Shown here: positions 37,561 to 50,875 of the stretch, in pieces
Layout of the letters: the number at the start of each line of letters is the position of its first letter
Numbering within the stretch: the stretch's first letter is position 1
Source: Octopus bimaculoides
Lineage: Eukaryota
DNA: 63,687 bases
Direction of reading: 5' to 3'
NCBI RefSeq assembly: GCF_001194135.2
Contig: NC_068991.1
Span: 64,109,190 to 64,172,876, forward strand
The notes under the pieces: generated by a model
What the model was told of the DNA's origin: nothing
The model's input: the letters and a program-made list of their open reading frames with translations, nothing else
Databases searched by the model: none
Position numbers and translations under genes: made by a program

Positions 37561-37668
37561 GTAAAATTCGTCTGGATTTGTTCAATACTCATTCAATCTA
37601 GATATGCAATTGCTAGTTCTATCCACCACAGCAGGCGGCTTTGTGAGAACATTAAATTGTGTGATGAA
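37561..37668 (+). CDS. Candidate 108-nt phase 0-0 exon (VKFVWICSILIQSRYAIASSIHHSRRLCENIKLCDE)
   Basis: TTAAC branch-like motifs and TTTTTTCCAG acceptor, GTGAGA donor at 37669. Open in frame 0 only; the other two frames hit stops. No homology or transcript support. Confidence 0.3.
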
Positions 37669-39769
37669 GTGAGATTAGTGAGTTGAACATTGACATTCAA
37701 GTACTGATGTGATATGAATGCACAACTTTTTAAAATAATCAAACAGTGTATCAGCCATAAAATATATTACAGACACTAAACACACACACACACACACACA
37801 CTGGTAAAATAAGAATTTCAGTGTTCATACAGAATATGGATTTGATCTGCATAATCACCGAAATCAAAAAAAAAATTAACTAATTAAATCAATGTACTAC
37901 CTTATGAAAGAAAGAAGTGATTATTGAAATTACGGATAACTTGTACTTTATAATGAGAGCTGTGTAGTAAAAAAAGGGTAAAATGAATTGGGAAACATAA
38001 ACGCATAACGTCAATAATGGCGGAATGACAGTGGAGATGGATTGGGAGGTGAATAAGAAGGAAATAGTTGTGTAAATGTTTGTGTCTGAGTGGATGTACG
38101 AGTTGAGAGAGAGCGTGAAAAGAAGACTTGAAAGATGTAGAGTCAACAAACCTATTTTTGATGTGTATATGTATCTCTTTTCGTTGGAGTAATTTGAAGG
38201 AAAATTAACCTCTATTTCTAGTAGCGTCAATCTAATACGAAGTCACTTCTCCGATTGTAATGGAGAAATGTTTTCCAAACAAAGCGTCTTAAATGAAAAA
38301 CTTTACATGATATTGCATATTGTTCTTCTAGAGAAGAAACGTAACGATAACGGTCGGGATGCCATTCGTCATGGGTTTCCTCTAGATCACAGCTAATCTT
38401 GGACTAATCACAAACATCAGTTAGTAACTTTTTTTCATCTTTAAGTCGAGATGGAGGGCAGCGCCTATGACTCTTCTCATAACCTAAAAAACTAGAGGAC
38501 GTGTGGAAAGAGGGTATATTTATAATGAAGGCCTGGCCCAAATGCTTACGAAAGAGCAGACACCGCTAAAGGCACCGAAAGTACCAGATATTGCTATTAA
38601 ACTATGCCACTTTTTAACACCAGTAATTGTTGACTATAAGATTATTTCGTCTGCTACTAAAGCAGGCCACGGTTTGATTTGAACTTATAACGCAAGAACA
38701 GGAACAAATACAACGAGGCACTCTGTCCGATGTTCTTACAATTCCGCCAAATGAACACTATAGAGTGATACATTTTTTTTATTAACCTCGAAATGACGAA
38801 ATGGAGTCAACTTTTTCGGGACTAAAATTCTTAGCCTCGAGAATCAGAACAAACACTGTGAGGTACTCTCTTTATCAATAGTTCTGCAAAAAAGACCTGT
38901 CAAAATTGGAGGTTTAATGGATACGAAATGAAAATGATAATATTATAAATAGCTTCAACAAAATATAAGTAGATTCTGATTTTATTTGAAATTGTAATAA
39001 CATTCATAACTAAATTTTTTAACTTGGGTGGCTTTTAATTCTGAAAAATTCAACTGTTATGTTTCAGCATATACAAATGAATACATTTCATGTGACAATA
39101 AGTGAGAAGAATACAAAATTTTAATAATTCTATCAATGAAAATTTTTAACAATAACAGACGACGTGACACGCATATATAAATCTCAAACAGTTTATCTAT
39201 TTATTTATTCTTTAGATTTATTTTTCTGATGAAATATAAAACGTTTCCTTGTTTAGAGACGTTTTCACAAATTACTTGATGAACGATTAAAGAACATCTC
39301 TGATTAAATTTCAAGCAGTCCCAAAAGAGTGAACATTCCATGATTTTAAGAAATATTAATCGATATTTGAAATAAATCATTCATACTATCTATACTTGCA
39401 GAACAAATAAATAAACAAATAGATAAACAAATAAATAAATACATAAATAAATAAATAAATAAAGCTGCCATCCCCTGTTTTACGTTTGAACCTTTCTATT
39501 CAGATATGTTCAATAAGATATTAAATAAGAATGTTGGATTCAAAAATACCAAAGTGTTTTAATATGTTGCCTGTAGCGACACATATAATCACCTCACTGC
39601 ACATATAAGTGCACACTGTAATGCAAAGGAGAGAGAAATTGAATTTTCCGGATTTAGAAAAAATCCTATTTTAAATTATTCAAAAATATTCAATCATTGC
39701 GGCATTCATATTCACAGTAAGATTTTATAAATATATATCTATATGTGTGTGTGTGTGTACAAATACACA

Positions 39770-39816
<47 letters not shown>

Positions 39817-40218
39817 CGTACGTATACTTATGTGTCAGTGTGTATGGAGATATGTCGGTGTGTGTAAACTATTACATGTTAAAGCTTGATTGTGACTTCG
39901 ACTGTACGTTGAGAACACTTCGAACTCACTGTGAGAACTCACTGTGACGTCTTTCTTGCAAAAGTCAGCAGACATAGCATACTCTACAAAAACATATTGA
40001 GTAAAGCTTTCATTTATTGTGAGATTGCTTAACCCTCTCCCACACCAACTTTACATAAGATGTAAATACAGACTTTTAGAAAGACAGCGAAGGTTTCCTC
40101 AAATTTGCTAGAGATTCTTTTCTTTTGGCAACAAATATGAGTGGCTGCAGATTGTGCTGTGATGAATTAAAGTTCTTTTTTCCAAGTGTTGAACACGGTG
40201 TTTTTGTTTTATTTTCAG

Positions 40219-40238
40219 AACTGCTGTTGCAGCTATGA
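40219..40238 (+). CDS. Candidate 20-nt microexon (NCCCSY + GA in phase 0)
   Basis: TTTTTGTTTTATTTTCAG acceptor and GTGAGC donor at 40239. Confidence 0.3.
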
Positions 40239-40382
40239 GTGAGCTGCTAACTCAATAAATACTGCCTTGTTAATAATCAAACATTTTCTATACGACAGGG
40301 GAAATTAATAGTTACAAAATTAATTACATTACAGATATGGAACGACATCAATGTCCATGTCTTTAATATTTCACAGCATCAA

Positions 40383-40730
40383 GGCGGTGAGCTGGCAGAA
40401 TCGTTAGCACGCCGGGCGAAATGCTTAGCGGTATTTCGTCTGCTGCTACGTTGTGAGTTCAAATTCCGCCGAGGTCGATATTGCTTTTCATCCTTTCGGA
40501 GTCGATTAAATAAGTACCAGTTATGCACTGGGTCGATATAATCGATTTCATCCGTTTGTCTGTCCATGTTTGTCCCCTCTGTGTGTAGCCCCTTGTGGGC
40601 ATTAAAGAAATAAGAAACCTTAGCACGGCGGGCGAAATGCTTAGCGGTATTTCGTCTGCTGCTACGTTGTGAGTTCAAATTCCGCCGAGGTCGACTTTGC
40701 CTTTCATCCTTTCGGGGTCGATTAAATAAG
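40383..40730 (+). mobile_element. SINE family A head-to-tail dimer (full copy plus 5'-truncated copy running into a gap)
   Basis: The first copy is 40383-40618. The second begins at the AGAAAC junction and repeats TTAGCACGGCGGGCGAAATG.... Confidence 0.85.
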
Positions 40731-41318
40731 NNNNNNNNNNNNNNNNNNNNNNNNNNNNNNNNNNNNNNNNNNNNNNNNNNNNNNNNNNNNNNNNNNNNNN
40801 NNNNNNNNNNNNNNNNNNNNNNNNNNNNNNNNNNNNNNNNNNNNNNNNNNNNNNNNNNNNNNNNNNNNNNNNNNNNNNNNNNNNNNNNNNNNNNNNNNNN
40901 NNNNNNNNNNNNNNNNNNNNNNNNNNNNNNNNNNNNNNNNNNNNNNNNNNNNNNNNNNNNNNNNNNNNNNNNNNNNNNNNNNNNNNNNNNNNNNNNNNNN
41001 NNNNNNNNNNNNNNNNNNNNNNNNNNNNNNNNNNNNNNNNNNNNNNNNNNNNNNNNNNNNNNNNNNNNNNNNNNNNNNNNNNNNNNNNNNNNNNNNNNNN
41101 NNNNNNNNNNNNNNNNNNNNNNNNNNNNNNNNNNNNNNNNNNNNNNNNNNNNNNNNNNNNNNNNNNNNNNNNNNNNNNNNNNNNNNNNNNNNNNNNNNNN
41201 NNNNNNNNNNNNNNNNNNNNNNNNNNNNNNNNNNNNNNNNNNNNNNNNNNNNNNNNNNNNNNNNNNNNNNNNNNNNNNNNNNNNNNNNNNNNNNNNNNNN
41301 NNNNNNNNNNNNNNNNNN

Positions 41319-41390
<72 letters not shown>

Positions 41391-41912
41391 GTACATATAT
41401 TATTATATATTTACATATATATACTTATGTGCGTGAGTGCGTGTGTGTGAGCGAAGGTATAATTTATATGTGTATAAATATATATGCATGTGTGTAGACA
41501 TACATGTATATAGGAGAATATGCATGTGTATATGTATAGTGTTCGTGTATGTGTAAAAGAGGTCATCAATCTCATTATTAAAATTCTCTTCGGTATTAGT
41601 ATCTGAATGCTGGGGAAGTGATCTGCTGTCCCAGTTCTCTAAGAAGTAAATATATGACATTTGAAAGCGTCGAATTAATACAATATTAATGATTGCGATG
41701 AAAGACACAAAGTAATTGGATATTTATTTTTAGGGAAGCGGGTTTAGTCGACCAAATCAGGATGATAAAACATATATATATATATAGAGTGACGCCGGGA
41801 AAAAAAATGAAAGACAAAACAGGTCTGGACAGTATTTTAATACGATGAGTCATAAAGAGTGTAGGGGATATTTATCCGACACATAAGCTGCAATACGATA
41901 CTTATACACGAG

Positions 41913-42060
41913 GAGCTATGTGGCCTAGTGGTTAGGGTACTACACCCACGAACCGAGGATCGCGTGGTTTGATTACCGAACTGGTCGGTGCATTGTTCTC
42001 ATGCGCAAGACAACTTTATTTCACCTTCCTCGGCAACGGACTGGGTTTTTTTAGGGGGAA
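41913..42060 (+). mobile_element. Decayed tRNA-derived SINE head (family E-like)
   Basis: GTGGCCTAGTGGTTAGGG A box followed by a GCAAGACAACTTTATTTCAC core as in the 51563 and 55760 copies. Confidence 0.6.
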
Positions 42061-43299
42061 TGTTGCCATCTCGGTTAGTTATATGCGAATAAAACCGGAA
42101 AATGAGGCCTATAAATTTTAGGATTCGAGACAATGCTTACGATTATATACACCGAAGCCTCTACGCGATAGTTCGACCTAAGAAATAACAGCCAAATCAC
42201 CCTCAAATCACATATCGTCATAGATTTTAATGCCACATCAAATAGTTCTCTTTCCAGTGAAAAGCCTCTTTGCAGAATACGCATCGGTCACATCAATATA
42301 CAGGACATATTTCTACATTTGAGAAGTATATCCGTTTCACGTCGGCTACGCTGTGCCTAATATGAAGAATCAACAACAAAAATAACTAGGAAAAAAATGT
42401 AAAAAACGGTATATCATTTGTGTATTTACAAAGATAAAGTTCGGAAAATAAATAGCAGGTTTTTCCCGATAGTAAACAACAATTGCCTTCAAAAACAAAT
42501 GATTTAATGTACTTTTGATGCATTGTATTTAAAGTATAAACAACAGCTAGAGTAAATAGAAATGGAATATTGGATATAGGATATTGATATTTTTTTAATA
42601 CAGCGGTTGAAGTGTTATATTTATTGATGTCGTAATTATAAATCGGATAATGGAATTAGTATACATAGACAAATATCCATACACATCCACGCACATCATA
42701 TACCTACACGCACATATTCCATTTTTTGATGCATGAACCACAAAACATCAATATATGTGTGAATATGCGCGCACAAACATACACATATACATACACACAT
42801 AATACATACATGCATACATACATAATACATACATAATAATACGTACATATATACATACATATACATAAATGGTCAAATGAGAATGTTTCCGTGTTTTAAA
42901 TTGGTGTAAATATGTTTTGTAAGCAATTGTATACAGTTTTGTTCAGTTAGTTACGATAGCAATTACAATTTTTGGCATCTACACATTACGTGTCATATAA
43001 TGTTAGAAATATAATGGAACTGCGTGAGTATAAATGTTACTATTGATTTATCACTCTGTTGACCTTGTTACCGAGACGACGATGACAATTATGTTTTTAT
43101 ATTACCTTTGAATTGATAAATATATTTGTTCATTTATTTTTGCATACTGTTAATGGAATTGATTAAAGAGGGTCAATGTACGATCCAATACTATTTGAGG
43201 AATTAACCAAACCAATGAAAGCTAACAAGTACATTGCATTTACACAATATCCTCAATAGAGAAGAGATTTCAGAAGTAGATTAAATATTTTTATTATGA

Positions 43300-43450
43300 A
43301 GGTGCGTTGGCTGGTGGTAGGGTGTTGCATGCGCAGTCGCAAGATCGAAGTTTCGATTCCCGCACCGGGTACTACCTTGTGCTTTTGACCAAAATGCATT
43401 TGTTTCAAGTTGTGGCAGTCCACTCAGCAGTAAATGATTAATCCTCTGAT
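43300..43450 (+). mobile_element. Decayed tRNA-derived SINE (family E-like)
   Basis: GTTTCGATTCCC B box and CAGTCCACTCAGCAGTAAATG core. Confidence 0.6.
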
Positions 43451-43689
43451 TTAATGGCGTCCCGTCTGACGGAGATATTGTAATCTCGGTAACTTGAACG
43501 CCATTGGGGACCGGATATCGAATCTGTGAGTCTTACAACTTACTAGCATTCCGACTCACACCGCATGTCAATATTTGTATTACGTGTGTACATTATAATT
43601 TGTTTCTTCAGCCCCTGATCCCAAATAAAGTTATTCTTAACTCTATAATGTGTTTATATATATATGTATATATATAAATGTAACTACAT

Positions 43690-43870
43690 GAGAATTGTTG
43701 GCAATTTTTTCCCTCCGTCTTCCTTTTCTCTTCGACTATCCCCTGTCTCCTGTTTCTGAAAAATAACTTTGCTCGAAACTTAAGACACCTATTCTTTCCT
43801 TCCCTGAGCGTCTTTAAATACTCTGCCTGTACCACGTCCTCGTGTTCTTATTTTCTTGTGTTTTTTCTTC
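43690..43870 (+). mobile_element. Penelope-like pLTR fragment with degenerate hammerhead
   Basis: GTTT-CTGAAAA-ATAACTTTGCTC-GAAAC-TT-A-AGAC at 43752-43786. The downstream TTCCCTGAGCGTC...GTCCTCG is related to the 20020 fragment. Confidence 0.55.
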
Positions 43871-43966
43871 GTTTTTGTTTTGGATTAATTATACATACAC
43901 ACACACATGTATGTGTGTATGTATATGTATGTGTGTGTGTCTGTTTATATGCATGTATGAATGCTC

Positions 43967-44013
<47 letters not shown>

Positions 44014-44232
44014 TGTGTATATACATGTATGTATGCTTTTATGTGTGTTGGGTTTGCCCCCAACTACTGTTTGTTTGCGCCTCTATAACTTAATGGTTAT
44101 GCAAAAAGAGACCGATCGAATAATTACCAGACTTTGAAAATATATACTGGGGTGGACACGCTCGTCTAAAATTCTTCAAGTTGGTGCCCTTAATATGGCT
44201 ACATTTGCATGACCAAAATAAATAACACAAAT

Positions 44233-44376
<144 letters not shown>

Positions 44377-44994
44377 TTTTCGATAAATTAAGTACTGGGG
44401 TCGATTTTTTCAATCAAACCCTTTAAAATGCTACCCCAGTATAGCCACAGTCGAATGACTGAAGCAAGTTAATGATAAATGATGAAATAATATCTACACT
44501 TTGTGATTTCATTTGCGGCTTCCTATTTTCTTTAAGATGACATATTACTTACGAAGTGTGTTCAGAATGTTCGTCTATTTTGGAAAGCTTTCCAGTTATC
44601 ATAACTTAAATGAAAATTGATTTAATGAACAATTTAGCTAGAGTCTGGCATTGATGGAGTATTGTAAGCATTTATATATTCCTCTCTTGAGATGGGATTG
44701 TACAATTTAATAGTTAATATATGCAATAAATATCTTGGAATATTACGTTTCAGGCATAAATACAAAAGTAGTTAAATCTTAGTCCTTTTAATCAGTTACA
44801 CTGTTTTCGAAAGGATGGGAACGGAGGTGTTCTAACATGTATGTATTCACATTCGTTAGTCCTATAAAGGCGAAAAATAAATTCAATCGTAGACGTATTG
44901 AGTTGCTTTACATACGTACATACGCTTAGATTTATAAAATAAAAGAAATGGGAAGTTGGGATACGACTATCAGTTTATATATATAGTTGAAATT

Positions 44995-45460
44995 TATAGA
45001 AAAACGAACACAGGTGTATGATCAACAAGTAGGTGTATGATCAACAAGCAGGTGTATGATCAACAAGCAGGTGTATTAGTTTGACGCTCGGGAAAAAGAA
45101 AACAATTCTTTTGCGTTTTGAGCCTACGTTCTTCAACAGAAAGGAATAGGAGAAAATAAACAGGGAGAAAATGAAACAAAAATCTGTAGATTTAGCGGTT
45201 AAGCATGGCGACTTATTAGAAAAAAGGCTGAAAGAAGAGGTTGGAAGAAAGGGAGATAATAAAGTACTGGTGAATCCACATGAAGGTGTGCGTGCGTTGC
45301 GTGTATGTGATAGTGTAAGTGCGTGAGTGCGTAAGTGTGAGCGTCTGTAACATGTGGCTGCTCATATAGTGCTATGTGTGTGTGTGTATGTGTGAATATA
45401 TATATATATATATATATATATTCCTCTCTAATTCTGGCAGTATGTGATACAAACACATAT
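44995..45460 (-). mobile_element. Penelope-like pLTR, inverted relative to 46560-47085
   Basis: Its reverse complement aligns with 46560-47085. Includes a 19-bp tandem AGGTGTATGATCAACAAGC x3 and a decayed hammerhead at 45106-45143. Confidence 0.75.
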
Positions 45461-46109
45461 TTTAATAGGAATAATATTTAAACCACTTATAGCTGCGTAG
45501 TAGCACATTTATATATTCTGACAGGGTCGATAACTGCCCCATGAGCGAAGCAAAGCTAGGATACTGGACTGCACAGTGCCATCCTAATGGGAATCGTCAA
45601 CAGTTTTACTCCATTGGCGCTATGAAACAGATAATTTTTTCTGTCAATATATATATATTTTTTGCCGCATATAATTATGGTTGATTTAGCTCNNNNNNNN
45701 NNNNNNNNNNNNNNNNNNNNNNNNNNNNNNNNNNNNNNNNNNNNNNNNNNNNNNNNNNNNNNNNNNNNNNNNNNNNNNNNNNNNNNNNNNNNNNNNNNNN
45801 NNNNNNNNNNNNNNNNNNNNNNNNNNNNNNNNNNNNNNNNNNNNNNNNNNNNNNNNNNNNNNNNNNNNNNNNNNNNNNNNNNNNNNNNNNNNNNNNNNNN
45901 NNNNNNNNNNNNNNNNNNNNNNNNNNNNNNNNNNNNNNNNNNNNNNNNNNNNNNNNNNNNNNNNNNNNNNNNNNNNNNNNNNNNNNNNNNNNNNNNNNNN
46001 NNNNNNNNNNNNNNNNNNNNNNNNTATATATATGGTATATATACATATATACATATATAAGAATACATAAGTATGATTGTACGTACGCACATATATATAT
46101 ATATAACGA

Positions 46110-46628
46110 GCCCATAGCTTGTGTGATCTCCTAGTCCACAGTTTCTTGCCTAACCCCACCGCCCAGCTTGATTCGTCTGCTACTCTCGCCCACCCTGCCC
46201 TGCCTGTCCCTAACTTTCCAACACCACCGTCCTCACAAGCACCCATTATCGTCCCTATTGCACCAACGACACGTTTACCTGCACTACTACTAACGGCATT
46301 TACTGAACCATCTGCTGTTTCTGCTCTACCTGTACATTGGTCAAACGGGACGCCGCTCCACAATGACAACCCGGTCTCGCGCTATTTATGCTCTACCAGT
46401 CATTCACTACAACATCTGTGTGCGGACTGTCTTTGCACAGGGGCCGTGAACAAAAATTAATCTTCTCTCTTCGCTCCTTTGTGTTACATGAGCTCAACTC
46501 CCCCCTCCTCTCTTCGTCTGATATTCACTTTCACTCTTCATTTCTATCACCCCCAGCCACACCCATACCCTTTGTATCACATACAGCAAGAATTAGTGAC
46601 GACTACATATATATATATATATATATAT

Positions 46629-46666
<38 letters not shown>

Positions 46667-47083
46667 GCAATCTTCAATAGCGTCAACACACATACCACTA
46701 TATCAGCAGGCACAAGTTTCAGACGCACACACGCATTCACACACCCACACATGCCTCTTCACGCACACACTTACACATTCACACACACCATTCTGACATA
46801 CACGCACACGCATGCGCACTTCATGTGGGATCACCAGCACTTTATTATCCCCCTCTTTTTCAAACTCTTCTTGCAAACTTTTTTCTAATCATTCGCTATG
46901 CTTGGCTACTAAATCTACAAGTTTCTTTTTGATTCTCATTTTGTTTATTTTCTCTTATCCCTTTCCGTTGAAGAGAATACGCTTGAAACGTAAAAGACGT
47001 TTTCATTTTCCCGACCGTCAAACTAATACACTTGCTTGCTGTTCATACACCTGTCTCCGTCTTTTGTTTTTTCTATAAATTGC

Positions 47084-47085
<2 letters not shown>
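46110..47085 (+). mobile_element. Penelope-like element 3' end: GIY-YIG endonuclease remnant plus pLTR
   Basis: Frameshifted TFTCTTTNGIY*TIC...LYIGQTGRR...NDNPVSRY...CGLSLHRG.REQKLIFSLRSFVLHELNSP, followed by a pLTR with a hammerhead-like motif at 46961-46996. Confidence 0.8.
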
Positions 47086-47124
<39 letters not shown>

Positions 47125-47518
47125 NNNNNNNNNNNNNNNNNNNNNNNNNNNNNNNNNNNNNNNNNNNNNNNNNNNNNNNNNNNNNNNNNNNNNNNNNNNN
47201 NNNNNNNNNNNNNNNNNNNNNNNNNNNNNNNNNNNNNNNNNNNNNNNNNNNNNNNNNNNNNNNNNNNNNNNNNNNNNNNNNNNNNNNNNNNNNNNNNNNN
47301 NNNNNNNNNNNNNNNNNNNNNNNNNNNNNNNNNNNNNNNNNCTCAAAATACAATGTTTATATACCAAAAAGATTTTCTAACATTTTTCTGACATTTTTCT
47401 GACATTTTTCTGACATAATTTAAATATATACTTTAACCATGTAACACAAGCCTTCTGTAGTTTTTTCACTCTTATTATCTTTTATACATCTAACCACGTG
47501 CTTTCACATACCAACTTT

Positions 47519-47578
<60 letters not shown>

Positions 47579-48344
47579 AGGTGAAAATCATACACACACA
47601 CACAAAGATATAGTCTTTTCATACATGATCTTGTAATGCTGCTGAAAACATGAATGATGCTAGGTGGGGATCGTCTCTTCATACACTCTGGCTTATGTAA
47701 CACAGTCAGTCTTAGTGAAGATCCAGTGTGTGGCATCTAAGTATAACCCTAAGCAGCATATATATATATCATTGTTATTATTTAAGACCATTCCTCCGGA
47801 ATTTTCTTTTAATATGCTATCGATGCAAAGGCCATATTTCTCTTATTGACCACTAGCCAAGTGACGATAAAGAAGTGAATTTTCTTTTGAAGTGTAATTT
47901 ATTTAATAATGATTTTCTCTTTATTAAAATTCCACAACCAAATAATAAATAGAAATTAAAATGAAAACGAACTGACAAATTGTAAGAATAAGAATAATGC
48001 ACGTAGAACTGCCTTTTCTTCTATTTCTTTCTTTTATTCACTTCTTTCACGTTCAATTAATATAATCTCTTTTTCTTATGATTAATTACATGCTGCCTAA
48101 TAGTTTATATGCTACTTAACATAATGACGCTGGGCGTTATCACCTTCAATATCTAGATGTCAGTAAACCTCCAAAAAAGGTGTCAATTCACCAGAAACTA
48201 ATATTTTAGAGATTTTTTAGCTCCATGAAATATTATCAATAGAGATTAACTCTTGCAATGTCAAAATAAATTGAGTCTTTGTATATTCTCTATTCAACGC
48301 TAAAACTAATTACTTTCTCTCCTCCACTTTAAATATTAGTTTTA

Positions 48345-48520
48345 AATCTTGGTACAAGACCAGGAATTTCAAGTAAGTCTATTAGATCAATCTCAGTTCA
48401 GATGGTACTTATTTTATCGACTCCAAAAGGATGGAAGGCAAAATTTGAATTCAGAACGTAAAGACGGACCAAACTCATCTAAGAATTTTCCCTGCGCAGT
48501 AACGACATTACTACCGAATA
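48345..48520 (-). mobile_element. SINE family A, decayed
   Basis: GGTACTTATTTTATCGACTCCAAAAGGATGGAAGG...TTTGAATTCAGAACGTAAAGAC matches the family A reverse complement. Confidence 0.7.
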
Positions 48521-48543
48521 ATTGTCACATATTACTTTTACAG

Positions 48544-48597
<54 letters not shown>

Positions 48598-49454
48598 GAA
48601 TGTGTGTGTATGCATGACGTTAAATAGCCACACAATATAGAATGCCTGATAAAACGTTATTAGTTAAATGCTTCAAATTATCAGTCGAACGTATTTTATG
48701 TGCATTTGTATATTTTGTGCATATGTGAATCAAGAGTACATTTGTTTATACTTTCGTATATATATCACACGTATAATATATACATTTGTGTATATTTGTT
48801 AATATGTAATAGCTAACTATTATCTGTTTTTAGTTATGTCCATTCTCACAGCCGATGTCCGGCTAGTATATATACTTGTCATCTGCCATACTTTTTTTTA
48901 CACTTTATATGTAGAGATTTTGCGTAATTTTGAATCTGTTGCTTGAATTGCAGTGTCCTTACAGTGTGTGAACGTTTGTTTTTGTTCTCTCTTTCATACA
49001 ATTGAAACATTCCTGCTAGAGACTTTCAATTCCATCCGAACTTTGTGTACAAAAGATCTTGCAAGATTTAGAAAATTGGCAATTTCTAAATCGTTGTTCC
49101 AGACATATAGCAACAATGACTGCATGCTATTTTGTTCTTCTATTCTTTTGTTAGCACTTTATCTACTATCTGGGTTCTGAAAGAAAATTAACCATTATAA
49201 TTTGTCTGAAGAGAGTAATATACTGAAAATTAAGTATCAGCAGATACCTTTATGTTAATTTGCCCTTATCTGTTTCTAAACCAAACGAAAACCTAGGTTA
49301 TAGACCATGAATAATATAGACCATGAATAATATTCCACTGAAATCTAATCTCTCTCTGTCTCTCTCTGTCTCTGTCTCTCTCTCTCTCTCTGTCTCTCTC
49401 TCTCACTCTCTCTTTCATTTCCATTTTAACAGCTATTATTATATAGTCAGTTGA

Positions 49455-49660
49455 GGCAGCGAGTTGTCAGAATCGTTACCGCGCCGGGTAAAATGCTTAG
49501 CGGTATTTCGTCTGCCTTTACCTTCTGCGTTCAAACTCCGCCGGGGTTTATTTGCCCTTTCATCCTATCGTTGTTGATGAAATAAGTACCAGCCATGTAC
49601 TCGACTGATTCCGTCCCCTAAAACGTCGGGTGTTGCGCTTACAGTAGAAAGTATTATTAC
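49455..49660 (+). mobile_element. SINE family A (tail variant 2-like)
   Basis: GGCAGCGAGTTGTCAGAATCGTTAC...AAATGCTTAGCGGTATTTCGTCTG. Confidence 0.8.
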
Positions 49661-50318
49661 ACTGTCCTTTATGCTAATTATTTTTCCCACCCAAATTAGA
49701 GTAACTTAACCGTAATAATACTCTCTTGACAACTAAAGGTTTCATGTCTATGCATTGTTTTCTTTCGATAAATTTTAATATTTTTCTATTTCAATAAAAA
49801 ATATTATAGAGTTACTTTCTTAAATTTGGCTTTATACCAACTAAACAAAGGTAATCTAAGCAAAATTAATAATATTCTGGCTTGACTTCTGAAGCTTGTT
49901 TTTTTTCTACTTCTAGTTAAACGAATACTATTTTATGGTCATTAATCTTCATTTGTTTTTTCTCCTCACTAAATCACGGTAGACTAAGCAAATTTAATTA
50001 TATTCTTATGACATCTGAAGTGTCCTTTTCTATTCGATATACTTTAATACCTTCCATTACTTTCACTAAATTGATATAACAACATGTAAGCCATTTACCA
50101 TTACACAATTTTAAAATTTATTCTTGTTTTTAATATAGTCTTAGGCTTTTAAGTTTATTTAAATTTCGCAACCTTAAAGATAGAAGCAGCTGAAACACCA
50201 GCAGCATGTGTCTTGATTCCACACTCATTTACTTCTTTGGGTGTCTATCGCGCTGAGGTTTCTCACTTGCTGTTGGAGATTAGATACACCAGACCCTTAG
50301 CATTCATTATATGGGTAA

Positions 50319-50350
<32 letters not shown>

Positions 50351-50379
50351 ACATACACATATATACATATCTCTCTTTT

Positions 50380-50875
50380 ATCTCTCTTTTACTTGTTTCA
50401 GTCATTTGAATGCGGCCATGCTGGAGCACCACCTTTAGTCGAGCAAATCGACCCCAGGACTTATTCTTTGTAAGCCTAGTACTTATTCTATCGGTCACTT
50501 TTGCCGAACCGCTAGGTGACGGGGACCTAAGCACACCAGCATCGGTTGTCAAGCGATGTTGGGGGGACAAACACAGATACACAACATATACACACATATA
50601 TGTATATATACATATATACGACGGGCTTCTTTCAGTTTCCGTCTNNNNNNNNNNTCAGTCATTTGAATGCGGCCATGCTGGAGCACCACCTTTAGTCGAG
50701 CAAATCGACCCCAGGACTTATTCTTTGTAAGCCTAGTACTTATTCTATCGGTCACTTTTGCCGAACCGCTAGGTGACGGGGACCTAAGCACACCAGCATC
50801 GGTTGTCAAGCGATGTTGGGGGGACAAACACAGATACACAACATATACACACATATATGTATATATACATATATA
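50380..50875 (-). mobile_element. SINE family B 3' half, present twice across a 10-N gap
   Basis: 50399-50617 is repeated at 50655-50873. Confidence 0.85.

Noticed and set aside
37551-37566. CCAG|GTAAAA as a recursive (zero-length) splice site
   Set aside because: The donor is weak (GTAAAA), and a 108-nt exon with a better donor explains the acceptor. Not fully excluded.
41504-41638. Minus-strand 135-nt exon candidate (NWDSRSLPQHSDTNTEENFNNEIDDLF...)
   Set aside because: The acceptor is fair, but the second half is degenerate CA/TA repeat and no partner minus-strand exons were found.
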